Source of the DNA: Candidatus Bathyarchaeota archaeon
GTDB lineage: Archaea > Thermoproteota > Bathyarchaeia > Bathyarchaeales > Bathycorpusculaceae
Direction: 5' to 3'
DNA: 23,942 nt
NCBI GenBank assembly: GCA_963772455.1
Contig: CAVYXJ010000018.1
Coordinates: forward strand, 1-23,942
Positions 16,669 to 23,942 of this stretch are shown here, piece by piece (within the stretch, counting starts at the first letter, position 1; each line of letters starts with the position of its first letter). The notes under the pieces were generated by a model, which was not told where the DNA came from, did not search any database, and saw nothing but the letters and a program-made list of their open reading frames with translations. The position numbers were made by a program, and so were the translations under genes.

Positions 16669-17574
16669 TCATTCAAATAAGTGTAGATAATTCCAAAATT
16701 GCCTTACTCTAATAAAAAAGCTATCTTTAGAGATAAAATCACTTGGTCTAAAGTAATCTATTGTGTTTGGATATAACTTATCAAGTGTTCTCGCATTCTG
16801 TTCTGCAAATCGTATTGTCTCCATTGCCTTGTTTTTGCTTCCCATTAGTTGTTGTATCTGTTCCTCTGGCAGTTCTGCGTACGCTAAAAAACTCTCTACC
16901 GAGCGAGTAAAGCAGAGTGCGTGTAGGATTTCTGTTGTAATAATGGCGAGGAAATGTTTGGCTGGTTTTGTCGCCTTAATTTCAGCAAACAATCGGCTTA
17001 ATTGGGCTTTTAAGCTTGGACCGTAATGGTTAGCTTTAAATTGAATCCATTTTTCTACATCAAAAAATAACAAAAGTTTGTTAACGTAATAATAATTATA
17101 ATAGACATCCAGTTGCTCAGAAATTTTAGACGAGAAATGCGAATCAACATGTTTACTATAATCATTACGGAAACTAAGAAATTGGTCACTTTGACTAAAA
17201 TCATCTGCAGCATAATCTAACAAATGACAAAACTCTTCTAAGATAATAAACTCGCAATTCTCCAATGTTTTATTCATCAAATCATCCGTGTTAATCGCTA
17301 TGGCGCCTCTTTTTTGTTTGGAGGCGTATGCAGAAGCTTGAAGCGGTAACTTGCCTTGGAAATTTCCACCGATTGCTTGCGTGATTTGTTTTTGAAAAAC
17401 CTCAAGCAGGGAAGTATTAGCGATAAATAGAACTCTTAGAGCATTGTAATCTTTAACAACTTGTGTTTTTGTAATCAATCCGTCGCAAATTATTTTGTAA
17501 CGGTGAAAATCATTTTTTGTAATCGTAATGTACAGAGTTTCCATCATATCACATGTTTTAGTTAAGATCGACAA
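16669..17574 (-). CDS. Hypothetical protein with degenerate zincin-like motif
   Basis: 301-aa AT-rich ORF with 'GAIAIN...FIILEEFCHLLD' (EExxH). Start may be ATG 17547 or 17544. Confidence 0.6.
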   Translation of the reverse strand: MSILTKTCDMMETLYITITKNDFHRYKIICDGLITKTQVVKDYNALRVLFIANTSLLEVFQKQITQAIGGNFQGKLPLQASAYASKQKRGAIAINTDDLMNKTLENCEFIILEEFCHLLDYAADDFSQSDQFLSFRNDYSKHVDSHFSSKISEQLDVYYNYYYVNKLLLFFDVEKWIQFKANHYGPSLKAQLSRLFAEIKATKPAKHFLAIITTEILHALCFTRSVESFLAYAELPEEQIQQLMGSKNKAMETIRFAEQNARTLDKLYPNTIDYFRPSDFISKDSFFIRVRQFWNYLHLFE

Positions 17575-17656
17575 GTGTTTGTGATAGTTATCATTCTCGA
17601 TTTATATTGTCTTTGAATGTCAACGACATACGTGACCTTTGCTGAACTAATATCTA

Positions 17657-17705
17657 TGTTCCATTAGATTGAAAAACTTATATAGAATTTCAGTATAATG
17701 GAACA
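17657..17705 (+). promoter_or_regulatory. BRE/TATA promoter embedded in an 18-bp inverted repeat (putative autoregulatory operator)
   Basis: TGTTCCATTAGATTGAAA (17657-17674) and TTTCAGTATAATGGAACA (17688-17705) are 16/18 complementary and flank TTATATA. ATG at 17708 suggests a leaderless transcript. Confidence 0.75.
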
Positions 17706-17707
17706 AT

Positions 17708-18646
17708 ATGAAAACTTCCACTGACGAGTACTCCTTCAGCAAGCAAGAATTACAAATACTCAAAGAAATAGCAAAAGGAAACTATGAGTTGTCCTCAATT
17801 CAAACAAGACTATCCATAAAGCCCTCGCTTTTAACATACACGCTAAAAAAACTGCAAAATAAAGGCATAGTAAAATTTACTCACATAGGAACCAAAAAGC
17901 AGGCATACTTTAGCGAATTAAAACATGCCACACTACTAAGAGATCTACTATCAATCTATGATTATGTGGACTGGGAAAACGTGTTAAACGGTAAATCAAT
18001 CGAAATACTCTTCCAAACCCTAAGCGGCTTCAAAGAGTCTTTGAGCATCCCGAGGAACACTCGTTGGCGCCACATGACAAATTTTAAATCCAGAGGAATA
18101 ATCACACAGGAAGGCAAAATTAATCCTCAGTTCAGAGGTCTATCAGAATTTTTAAAGGAGTACCAAGGTTTTTTTGCTAAAAAGATTGCAAGTACACTTT
18201 CCGAGAACCCTTTAATCCTTTCGCAAGAGGGCATGGACTTTCTATTAAGGACACCTAAAAATACACGGCAAGCAACTGAAAACTTCCATAAAACAGCAAC
18301 TTCTAAATTCAGCGAATATGGGCTACCACTTTTCTCTGAATTTGACACCTACTTTTACTCAAAAAACAAGAAAACAATAAGACCAGAAGATAGTATACTG
18401 CATACGCTACTCATAGAACCAAACAATGTACGATACATAACTTACGCCCTATTATTACTAAAGAAAGTCCACAAACAAATTGATTTAACCTACCTACAAA
18501 AAGAAGCCGAAAGATATGGGTTGAAAAACCAAATAGATGCAATGCTCCAATTTTTAGAAACCCACATACATCCAGAAGGGCAGTCGCTGCCTTCATGGGA
18601 CGAATTTGCCCTCAAAGCCGAGGACTATGGAGTTATGGCTGAATGA
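17708..18646 (+). CDS. MarR/ArsR-like wHTH protein, probable antitoxin-like partner of a nucleotidyltransferase
   Basis: N-terminal 'SIQTRLSIKPSLLTYTLKKLQNKGIV' wHTH, a second HTH-like segment, and C-terminal 'LPSWDEF..KAEDYG'. Confidence 0.75.
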   Translation: MKTSTDEYSFSKQELQILKEIAKGNYELSSIQTRLSIKPSLLTYTLKKLQNKGIVKFTHIGTKKQAYFSELKHATLLRDLLSIYDYVDWENVLNGKSIEILFQTLSGFKESLSIPRNTRWRHMTNFKSRGIITQEGKINPQFRGLSEFLKEYQGFFAKKIASTLSENPLILSQEGMDFLLRTPKNTRQATENFHKTATSKFSEYGLPLFSEFDTYFYSKNKKTIRPEDSILHTLLIEPNNVRYITYALLLLKKVHKQIDLTYLQKEAERYGLKNQIDAMLQFLETHIHPEGQSLPSWDEFALKAEDYGVMAE

Positions 18647-18735
18647 CACAAAGACGCTCATTTGACAAAAACTACCTCCAACAAGAATTCGATAAACTAA
18701 ACGCAACAGCAAAACAGCCCTTTGTTACTGTGTGA
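18643..18735 (+). pseudogene. Truncated 30-aa N-terminus of a coupled gene, probably a DUF6036-type nucleotidyltransferase
   Basis: ATGA overlap and GGAG RBS. MTQRRSFDKNYLQQEFDKLNATAKQPFVTV* ends just before where an 'LIGG' strand would be expected (recalled family pattern). Confidence 0.55.
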
Positions 18736-18809
18736 TAGCAGTCACATGGTTTCTTATAATTCAAGACAATATATTGTATATTATGACATTGTATTGCCAA
18801 GGTTTTAGA

Positions 18810-19343
18810 ATGTTTTGGGAACACCTCAAGAAAACACCAAACAACATCAATAAACGATTAATAAACCTAAAAGCAACCATCGCAACCTCCCACACTCAAG
18901 TCAAAAGAAAAACAATATTCGCTGCAATCTGCGTTTTATTTTTAATAACACTAATTACTGTCATCGAAGATTTCGGTCCAGCCAAAAGTATCGTAAAAGC
19001 AGATTCTATGATTGGAATAGGCGTTGGCGTTTACTGGGACAAAGATTGTAGAAACACAACAAACTCCCTTAGTTGGGGACTCATTAACCCAGATTCAAAC
19101 AATAATTTGACAATATATGTACGAAATGAATACAATTCAGCCGTTTCCCTAGTCTTACATACCTCAAACTGGACTCCATATAATTCTTCAAGTTACATGT
19201 CTCTAAGCTGGAACTACTCAGAGCAAATCCTAAAAACAAATGAAGTAATTCCCATAAAACTAACACTAACAATTAGCCCCACAATAATTGATATAACCGA
19301 TTTCAGCTTTGAAACAATCATAACGACAGTTGCTAAGCATTAG
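18810..19343 (+). CDS. Membrane-anchored Ig-like/beta-sandwich surface protein
   Basis: TM segment 'TIFAAICVLFLITLITVI' then 'GVGVYWDKDC...LSWG.I.P...LTIYVRNE'. Start uncertain (18732, 18783 or 18810). Confidence 0.7.
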   Translation: MFWEHLKKTPNNINKRLINLKATIATSHTQVKRKTIFAAICVLFLITLITVIEDFGPAKSIVKADSMIGIGVGVYWDKDCRNTTNSLSWGLINPDSNNNLTIYVRNEYNSAVSLVLHTSNWTPYNSSSYMSLSWNYSEQILKTNEVIPIKLTLTISPTIIDITDFSFETIITTVAKH

Positions 19344-19388
19344 CCTAACAGATTCAACAGTTTTGAGCGTCCCTTACGTTTTATATCT

Positions 19389-20411
19389 TTAATTCTTTTT
19401 TAATATACATTCATCGCCCAAACACCAACCATACCTTTCGATGGTTTTACAGCTGTAGGGTCTTACTTCGTTTTTGTTTACTTTGTTTGTAAAAAACCAG
19501 TTGACTTGATAGCGAGTTATGGAGTCGTCAAAATCGTTAAGACACCTGAAAATATCGATTATGCTCTCAGGGCTATGGAACCCCAGGGAGTAAGCTTCCT
19601 GCAAAAGAGCCAGACGCTGCTGATGACACATCTCTCCTGAGTTGAGGGCTTTAACAAAACAAGACCTAATTCCATCAGAACTCTCAAAGGACAAGGTTCT
19701 TGGCATATACTTAATTCTTTTTTCTTTAAGTGCTTTCCTAAATTCATGCGCCCTATCCATAGCGGCCAAGATGTCTTTTTGCTTGAGTCCATAGAGCTTG
19801 AAGTATTCGACACTTCTAACTTTGTCCGCTTCAAGTTGCCTATTGACTACTATGCATTCTTCGCCCGATTTCTCATGAATAGAAAAGGGAATGCGACACA
19901 TCCGATTAATGTCGCCAACAACAGCATAATCAATGAAGCGATAATTATAATCCTGTAAAAGTGCAAGCTGAAGCTGCTTGTAAACCTGTTTCCAAAACTC
20001 AAGCTCCTGATTAATTTCATAGACAGAGTCAAAGAAAACATGCACATGGTAACCCCGTCGCGTCTTAATAACCAGCGGTTTAATGTTTAGGGTGCCCAAT
20101 TGTTTTAGAAAATATTTCACTTCATCTCGCAGTTCGAACTTTCGTTTTTGGATTTCTGCTTCATCAAGTACTTCGCTCTTTTTACAAAAGTCAAAGTCGA
20201 AAAATACCTTCTCTATACCTAAAGGTTGAGCTTTGTCTTTCTCTGGTTGAACACTGATAAATGCAGGTGCCTTATTTTCTGCGCATTCCTCAATAAACGA
20301 AAATACATCATCAGGGTTGTCGGTGAACCATCTTTCAGGATTTCCCAAATCTCGACCAAAAGCGCCAAAAAACTCTAAAAGAAACTGCTCTTTTGTTATG
20401 TGGTTCTCCAA
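19389..20411 (-). CDS. Archaeo-eukaryotic primase with fused PriL-CTD-like Cys domain
   Basis: AEP motifs 'VFFDFD', 'TRRGYHVH', 'GDINRMCRIPFSIHEKSG'. C-terminus 'RSCF...HQQRLAL...FDDSITRYQV...PYSCKTIERYGWC...C'. Confidence 0.8.
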   Translation of the reverse strand: MENHITKEQFLLEFFGAFGRDLGNPERWFTDNPDDVFSFIEECAENKAPAFISVQPEKDKAQPLGIEKVFFDFDFCKKSEVLDEAEIQKRKFELRDEVKYFLKQLGTLNIKPLVIKTRRGYHVHVFFDSVYEINQELEFWKQVYKQLQLALLQDYNYRFIDYAVVGDINRMCRIPFSIHEKSGEECIVVNRQLEADKVRSVEYFKLYGLKQKDILAAMDRAHEFRKALKEKRIKYMPRTLSFESSDGIRSCFVKALNSGEMCHQQRLALLQEAYSLGFHSPESIIDIFRCLNDFDDSITRYQVNWFFTNKVNKNEVRPYSCKTIERYGWCLGDECILKKN

Positions 20412-20434
20412 TATACTAACCCAGTCTTATAGTA

Positions 20435-20920
20435 TCATTTGACTATTAGGACGGCGCATTTTGCCTGGTGAACGACTCTTTCGCTTGTGCTGCCAAGAAG
20501 GAATTCTTTGATTTCGCTTTCTCCCAAATGACCCAGAACTATTAAATCAAACCCGCCATCTGAAGCAGTAGCAATAATCTGGGACGGAGTGTTTCCTTCT
20601 TTGAGTTCAGTAGTAATTTTAAGCATGGGTTTTAACTTAATCGCCCTTTTAGCAGCTTTGGATAAAACTGCTTCATGTATTTTTCGAAGATCTTTGATAA
20701 AAGCAGACAAATTCGGCTGATTACCAATTGTATCTTGAGGATATCCAGGTGTCGAAAATTGTGAAGGTATATTTACTGGGTAGCCAAATTCTGGAGGCGG
20801 CTGAAAAACGTTAATCATTAGAATAGATGCCGAAAACTTTTCAGCGATTTCAAGAGCATAATCCAAAGCCTTTTCCGAGTTCTTAGAACCGTCTACTCCC
20901 ACAAGAATTTTACTTATCAA
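20435..20920 (-). CDS. Universal stress protein (UspA family)
   Basis: 'KILVGVDGSKNSEKALDYA', 'DLIVLG..G...LLGSTSERVV..AKCAVLIVK'. Confidence 0.95.
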   Translation of the reverse strand: MISKILVGVDGSKNSEKALDYALEIAEKFSASILMINVFQPPPEFGYPVNIPSQFSTPGYPQDTIGNQPNLSAFIKDLRKIHEAVLSKAAKRAIKLKPMLKITTELKEGNTPSQIIATASDGGFDLIVLGHLGESEIKEFLLGSTSERVVHQAKCAVLIVK

Positions 20921-21011
20921 AACAAGTTCCTCTACTATTTAATTCACATTAGAAGTTCATAGCTTTTTCGAAAAATACTTACGGCTATTAAAAATTAATA
21001 CGATTGCAGCT

Positions 21012-21641
21012 TCAATAGAAACAGGGAATGTATTCCCTGACATTAAATAAAACCCCTAAACCGTCAGCAACCGCCTTTACCTTAACCAAATCAACTTCAG
21101 GAAGCCGAACTGCTGTGACCTCAACGTCAAGCAACAGCTTGGTTTTCTGAATAAAATCCAGCACAACTTCGTAGCCCTCTTGGAAAATGGGTCTGCAAAT
21201 TTCGTTATAGGTTTCTTTGTCACCAGAATTCAAGCTTACGCTAACTCTATCAACACCAGCAGCCTTCAATTCAGCAGCAACATCCCTACCCGGATTCAAC
21301 ATGTAACCATGCCCATTAGTGTCTAAACGAATTTGCAGAGGTCTACCATAATGCTTCTTAACATACTTTGCAACTTCAAGCAGAACATCAAGTCGCTCAG
21401 TAGGTTCCCCAAAACCGCAAAAAACCAACTCATCCCAAATCTGCTTATGCAAAACCTCTGTTAGGTCAGCAATGATTTGTGCAACACTTGGCTCTGCCTC
21501 AAGTCTGAGATCGAAGTCGCCTACACCACGCTTATAGCGTTTGAGGCAAAAATAACAACTGTTAGAACAATGATTTGTTATGTTTAGATAGAGTGTTTTG
21601 TCTAGCCAGTAAACGGTTGTAGGTTTTCTATTCGCAGCCAT
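21012..21641 (-). CDS. TatD-family nuclease-associated radical SAM protein
   Basis: 'LYLNITNHCSNSCYFC', 'L..EPS', 'ELVFCGFGEPTERLD', 'IRLDTNGHG', 'VSVSLN'. Start is ATG 21641 or TTG 21653. Confidence 0.9.
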   Translation of the reverse strand: MAANRKPTTVYWLDKTLYLNITNHCSNSCYFCLKRYKRGVGDFDLRLEAEPSVAQIIADLTEVLHKQIWDELVFCGFGEPTERLDVLLEVAKYVKKHYGRPLQIRLDTNGHGYMLNPGRDVAAELKAAGVDRVSVSLNSGDKETYNEICRPIFQEGYEVVLDFIQKTKLLLDVEVTAVRLPEVDLVKVKAVADGLGVLFNVREYIPCFY

Positions 21642-21831
21642 TGTTCCCAACAAAACAAAACGTGCTAACCTATAAAAAACTACACCCTCAACACTTCTCG
21701 CTCAAACTTTTCTTTGTAATTACTGACCTATTGATGAGACTATTCAAGCTATCAGATTTAGGAAATCCAACCTTCATGCTTGAAAAAGTTATTAAAGTTT
21801 AACTCTTCATGTTTCAAATGGGATTTATCTC

Positions 21832-22818
21832 ATGATATTACCTTCCAACCTTGAAAACAAAGAAGTTAACTGGGAAGTTGACGACATTCCAGTTTACGGA
21901 ACAATCACCCGCCCAAAAGGAGAAGTTGCAAAACAGTCAATAGTTTTTGTGGCAGGAAGTGGTCCAACCGATAGAAATTGGTGCTCGCCACTCTTACAAG
22001 GAAAAAACGGCAGCGCAAAATTATTGGCAGAAACACTCGCAAACCAAGGATTCCTGACCTTACGCTACGATAAAAGAGCTTCGGGACCATATGTTCAAGA
22101 AAATATTCCAAAGATGATAGGCAAAATAAGTATGCAAAGTCACCTTGATGAATTGTCTGGTGCAGTTAAAATTCTACTTTCAAAAAAGTATGCAGACGAA
22201 AATAATCTTTTTGTTCTTACAAATAGTGAAGGCGCAATTCACGCATTAAACTACCAATTGAGCTCGAAGATCAGATTCAAAGGGATGATACTCACAGGTG
22301 CACCTGGCCGCTCAATTGGTCAAGTAGCACGCACACAAATCATCAACCAACTTGCCTCAATCCCAAACAAAGAAACGATCATCAAACAATACGACGACGC
22401 AATTGACTCATTTGTAAAAGGTAAACCAATTTCGCCAGACGATAATCTTCCAGTAGGCATAAAACAACTTCTTCTTTCTTTAGCAACTCCAGCCAACTTA
22501 CCTTTTATCAAAGAACTATGGAGTTACAATCCCAGCAAAGTTATCTCTAAAGTTAAGGAGCCAATATTAGTTATGATCGGAAAAAAAGACATTCAGGTTG
22601 ATTGGAGAATTGACGGCAAAGCCTTAGAGGATGCGACTGCCAAGGAAAATCAAGTTACTTTTATCTACCCACAAAACGCAGACCACGTCTTAAAACATGA
22701 AGAAAAACCTCGAGAAAACCTAACTGCCGAGAATGCTCTTCGCTACAATTCAGGAGATCGAATATTAGACCCAGAAGCCACCCAAGCAATCCTAAACTGG
22801 CTCAACAAAATGAGATAG
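21832..22818 (+). CDS. Alpha/beta hydrolase
   Basis: 'VAGSGPTDRN', 'LRYDKR', nucleophile 'TNSEG', acid 'GKKDIQV', base 'ADHVLK'. Confidence 0.9.
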   Translation: MILPSNLENKEVNWEVDDIPVYGTITRPKGEVAKQSIVFVAGSGPTDRNWCSPLLQGKNGSAKLLAETLANQGFLTLRYDKRASGPYVQENIPKMIGKISMQSHLDELSGAVKILLSKKYADENNLFVLTNSEGAIHALNYQLSSKIRFKGMILTGAPGRSIGQVARTQIINQLASIPNKETIIKQYDDAIDSFVKGKPISPDDNLPVGIKQLLLSLATPANLPFIKELWSYNPSKVISKVKEPILVMIGKKDIQVDWRIDGKALEDATAKENQVTFIYPQNADHVLKHEEKPRENLTAENALRYNSGDRILDPEATQAILNWLNKMR

Positions 22819-22953
22819 AATACTATCAGCTCAAGAACACATCATCCATGCCTTATTTTTTCTTACAATCACCGTTAGTGGCGATAAAAAATATATATTT
22901 GAAATTATAAAACAGACGACCGCAAATTAGGCATCAAAACAAGAGGAAATAAA

Positions 22954-23700
22954 ATGAATCTATCAACTAAACTCATCATCCTTCTCACAGTCATAGTGGC
23001 AGTCGTCGTCATATTCACTGCTTATACTCTTCTTAACAGTGGACTAGCTCCCTTGGAACAAAGAGAAGATAAAACAACCACTCTTGCAACTCAAAACGTT
23101 ACAATAAATGCAGAAACCTTCAACGGAAACATAGTACTTGCAGCATCCACAGATGACCAAATTGAAGTGGTCTTCAACGTAGAAGCACCTCAGGGACATA
23201 TTAGCGAGATAACAACAACCACTACCAACCAAACTCTGAATGGAAAAACAGAAATAATCACGCAAGCAAAACTCGTTAATCCAAACGGCCAGCTTAAGGT
23301 AAACTATAGAGCAAGCATAACAATTAAGCTGCCAAATACCAGCCAATACAACTTGACTCTAAACACCTTAAACGGCGATATAATAAAGCCTCAGCTAAAT
23401 GATACGATTCTTAAAGCAACAACTAACAACGGCTACGTTGACATTAAAGATGATAATGCCACTTCAATCGAAGCTTCAAGCTTAAACGGAAACGTGAAGG
23501 TAAGCCTCTTGGAAGGAACATTATTCCAGGTAGATGCCAACACAGCAAACGGACATATAACTTACCAAGGCATCGCAATGAACACAAGCATCTACACAGA
23601 AACTCACTTAAAGGGGGCTACAACAGCTGGATCAGGGAACCTCAACTTAAATCTATCAACCGCAAACGGAAACATAACAATAGAATATTACACAAAATAA
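22954..23700 (+). CDS. DUF4097-family beta-strand repeat protein, membrane-anchored
   Basis: N-terminal TM; repeated 'TxNGxI' units (TFNGNI, TLNGDI, TNNGYV, SLNGNV, TANGHI, TANGNI). Confidence 0.88.
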   Translation: MNLSTKLIILLTVIVAVVVIFTAYTLLNSGLAPLEQREDKTTTLATQNVTINAETFNGNIVLAASTDDQIEVVFNVEAPQGHISEITTTTTNQTLNGKTEIITQAKLVNPNGQLKVNYRASITIKLPNTSQYNLTLNTLNGDIIKPQLNDTILKATTNNGYVDIKDDNATSIEASSLNGNVKVSLLEGTLFQVDANTANGHITYQGIAMNTSIYTETHLKGATTAGSGNLNLNLSTANGNITIEYYTK

Positions 23701-23821
23701 CAAAAAAACCTTTTTTGATTCACAACACTTGTAACAGGTGCAGCAGGTTTTTTCAATTACAATTTTCTTACTCTAGCCCAAAGAAAATTTTTTTAACAGT
23801 TTAAAATACCTGCTTCAATTG

Positions 23822-23941
23822 CTACAACTGCATCGGAGAAAGTTTGTCTGTTCCATAAACATGAGATGCCTTTTTGATAACTAACACAACTACTATTGAC
23901 AATCCGAAAACCAACGCAACTGAAAATACACAATAGGGGAT
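23822..23941 (-). CDS. Probable C-terminus (TM helix plus KK tail) of a gene running off the window edge
   Basis: Open frame from the edge: IPYCVFSVALVFGLSIVVVLVIKKASHVYGTDKLSPMQL*. Confidence 0.45.
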   Translation of the reverse strand: MPYCVFSVALVFGLSIVVVLVIKKASHVYGTDKLSPMQL

Positions 23942-23942
23942 T

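Noticed and set aside
18731-18746. Perfect CRP-like palindrome TGTGA-N6-TCACA at the truncation point of the 30-aa ORF
   Set aside because: Single occurrence in an apparently archaeal genome with no CRP-family gene in view. Could be chance or a rearrangement scar; cannot be supported.
14126-23346. Short overlapping ORFs such as 14126-14314, 14270-14509, 16763-17026, 18127-18348, 19559-19834, 21905-22111, 23044-23346
   Set aside because: Nested within longer recognisable genes; no independent evidence.
1-23942. CRISPR array, tRNA/rRNA, transposase, integrase or provirus
   Set aside because: No regularly spaced repeats, structured RNA genes or recombinase/capsid motifs were seen by eye. TA pairs and the primase alone do not define a mobile element.

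Overview
AT-rich archaeal accessory region, most consistent with Bathyarchaeia. That assignment is inferred from BRE/TATA promoters, frequent TTG/GTG starts, a PEF-CTERM protein, ArnR1-like wHTH, AbrB-PIN pairs and oligo-T terminators. From left to right: wHTH and hypothetical genes; an operon of a tandem-PH-like protein and two zinc-ribbon proteins; a PEF-CTERM surface protein; two convergent vapBC-type loci, one with a coupled double zinc-finger ORF that reads antisense into the other toxin; a 7-gene minus-strand isoprenoid operon (geranylgeranyl reductase family, polyprenyl synthase, helical protein, CrtC/AttH-like protein, SCP2-like protein, long beta-rich protein, small helical protein); a divergent candidate RiPP pair (NHLP-clan-like precursor, hairpin, radical SAM/SPASM enzyme with C-terminal RRE-like domain); a 57-aa His/Cys protein missed by the ORF track; remnants of an HTH plus nucleotidyltransferase module with an inverted-repeat operator; a fused PriS/PriL-CTD-like primase; USP; TatD-associated radical SAM; alpha/beta hydrolase; DUF4097 protein. 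The best candidates for undescribed systems are the archaeal RiPP locus (13678-15395) and the isoprenoid/lipid-handling operon (7118-13249). All family calls come from motif recognition by eye; no searches were run.
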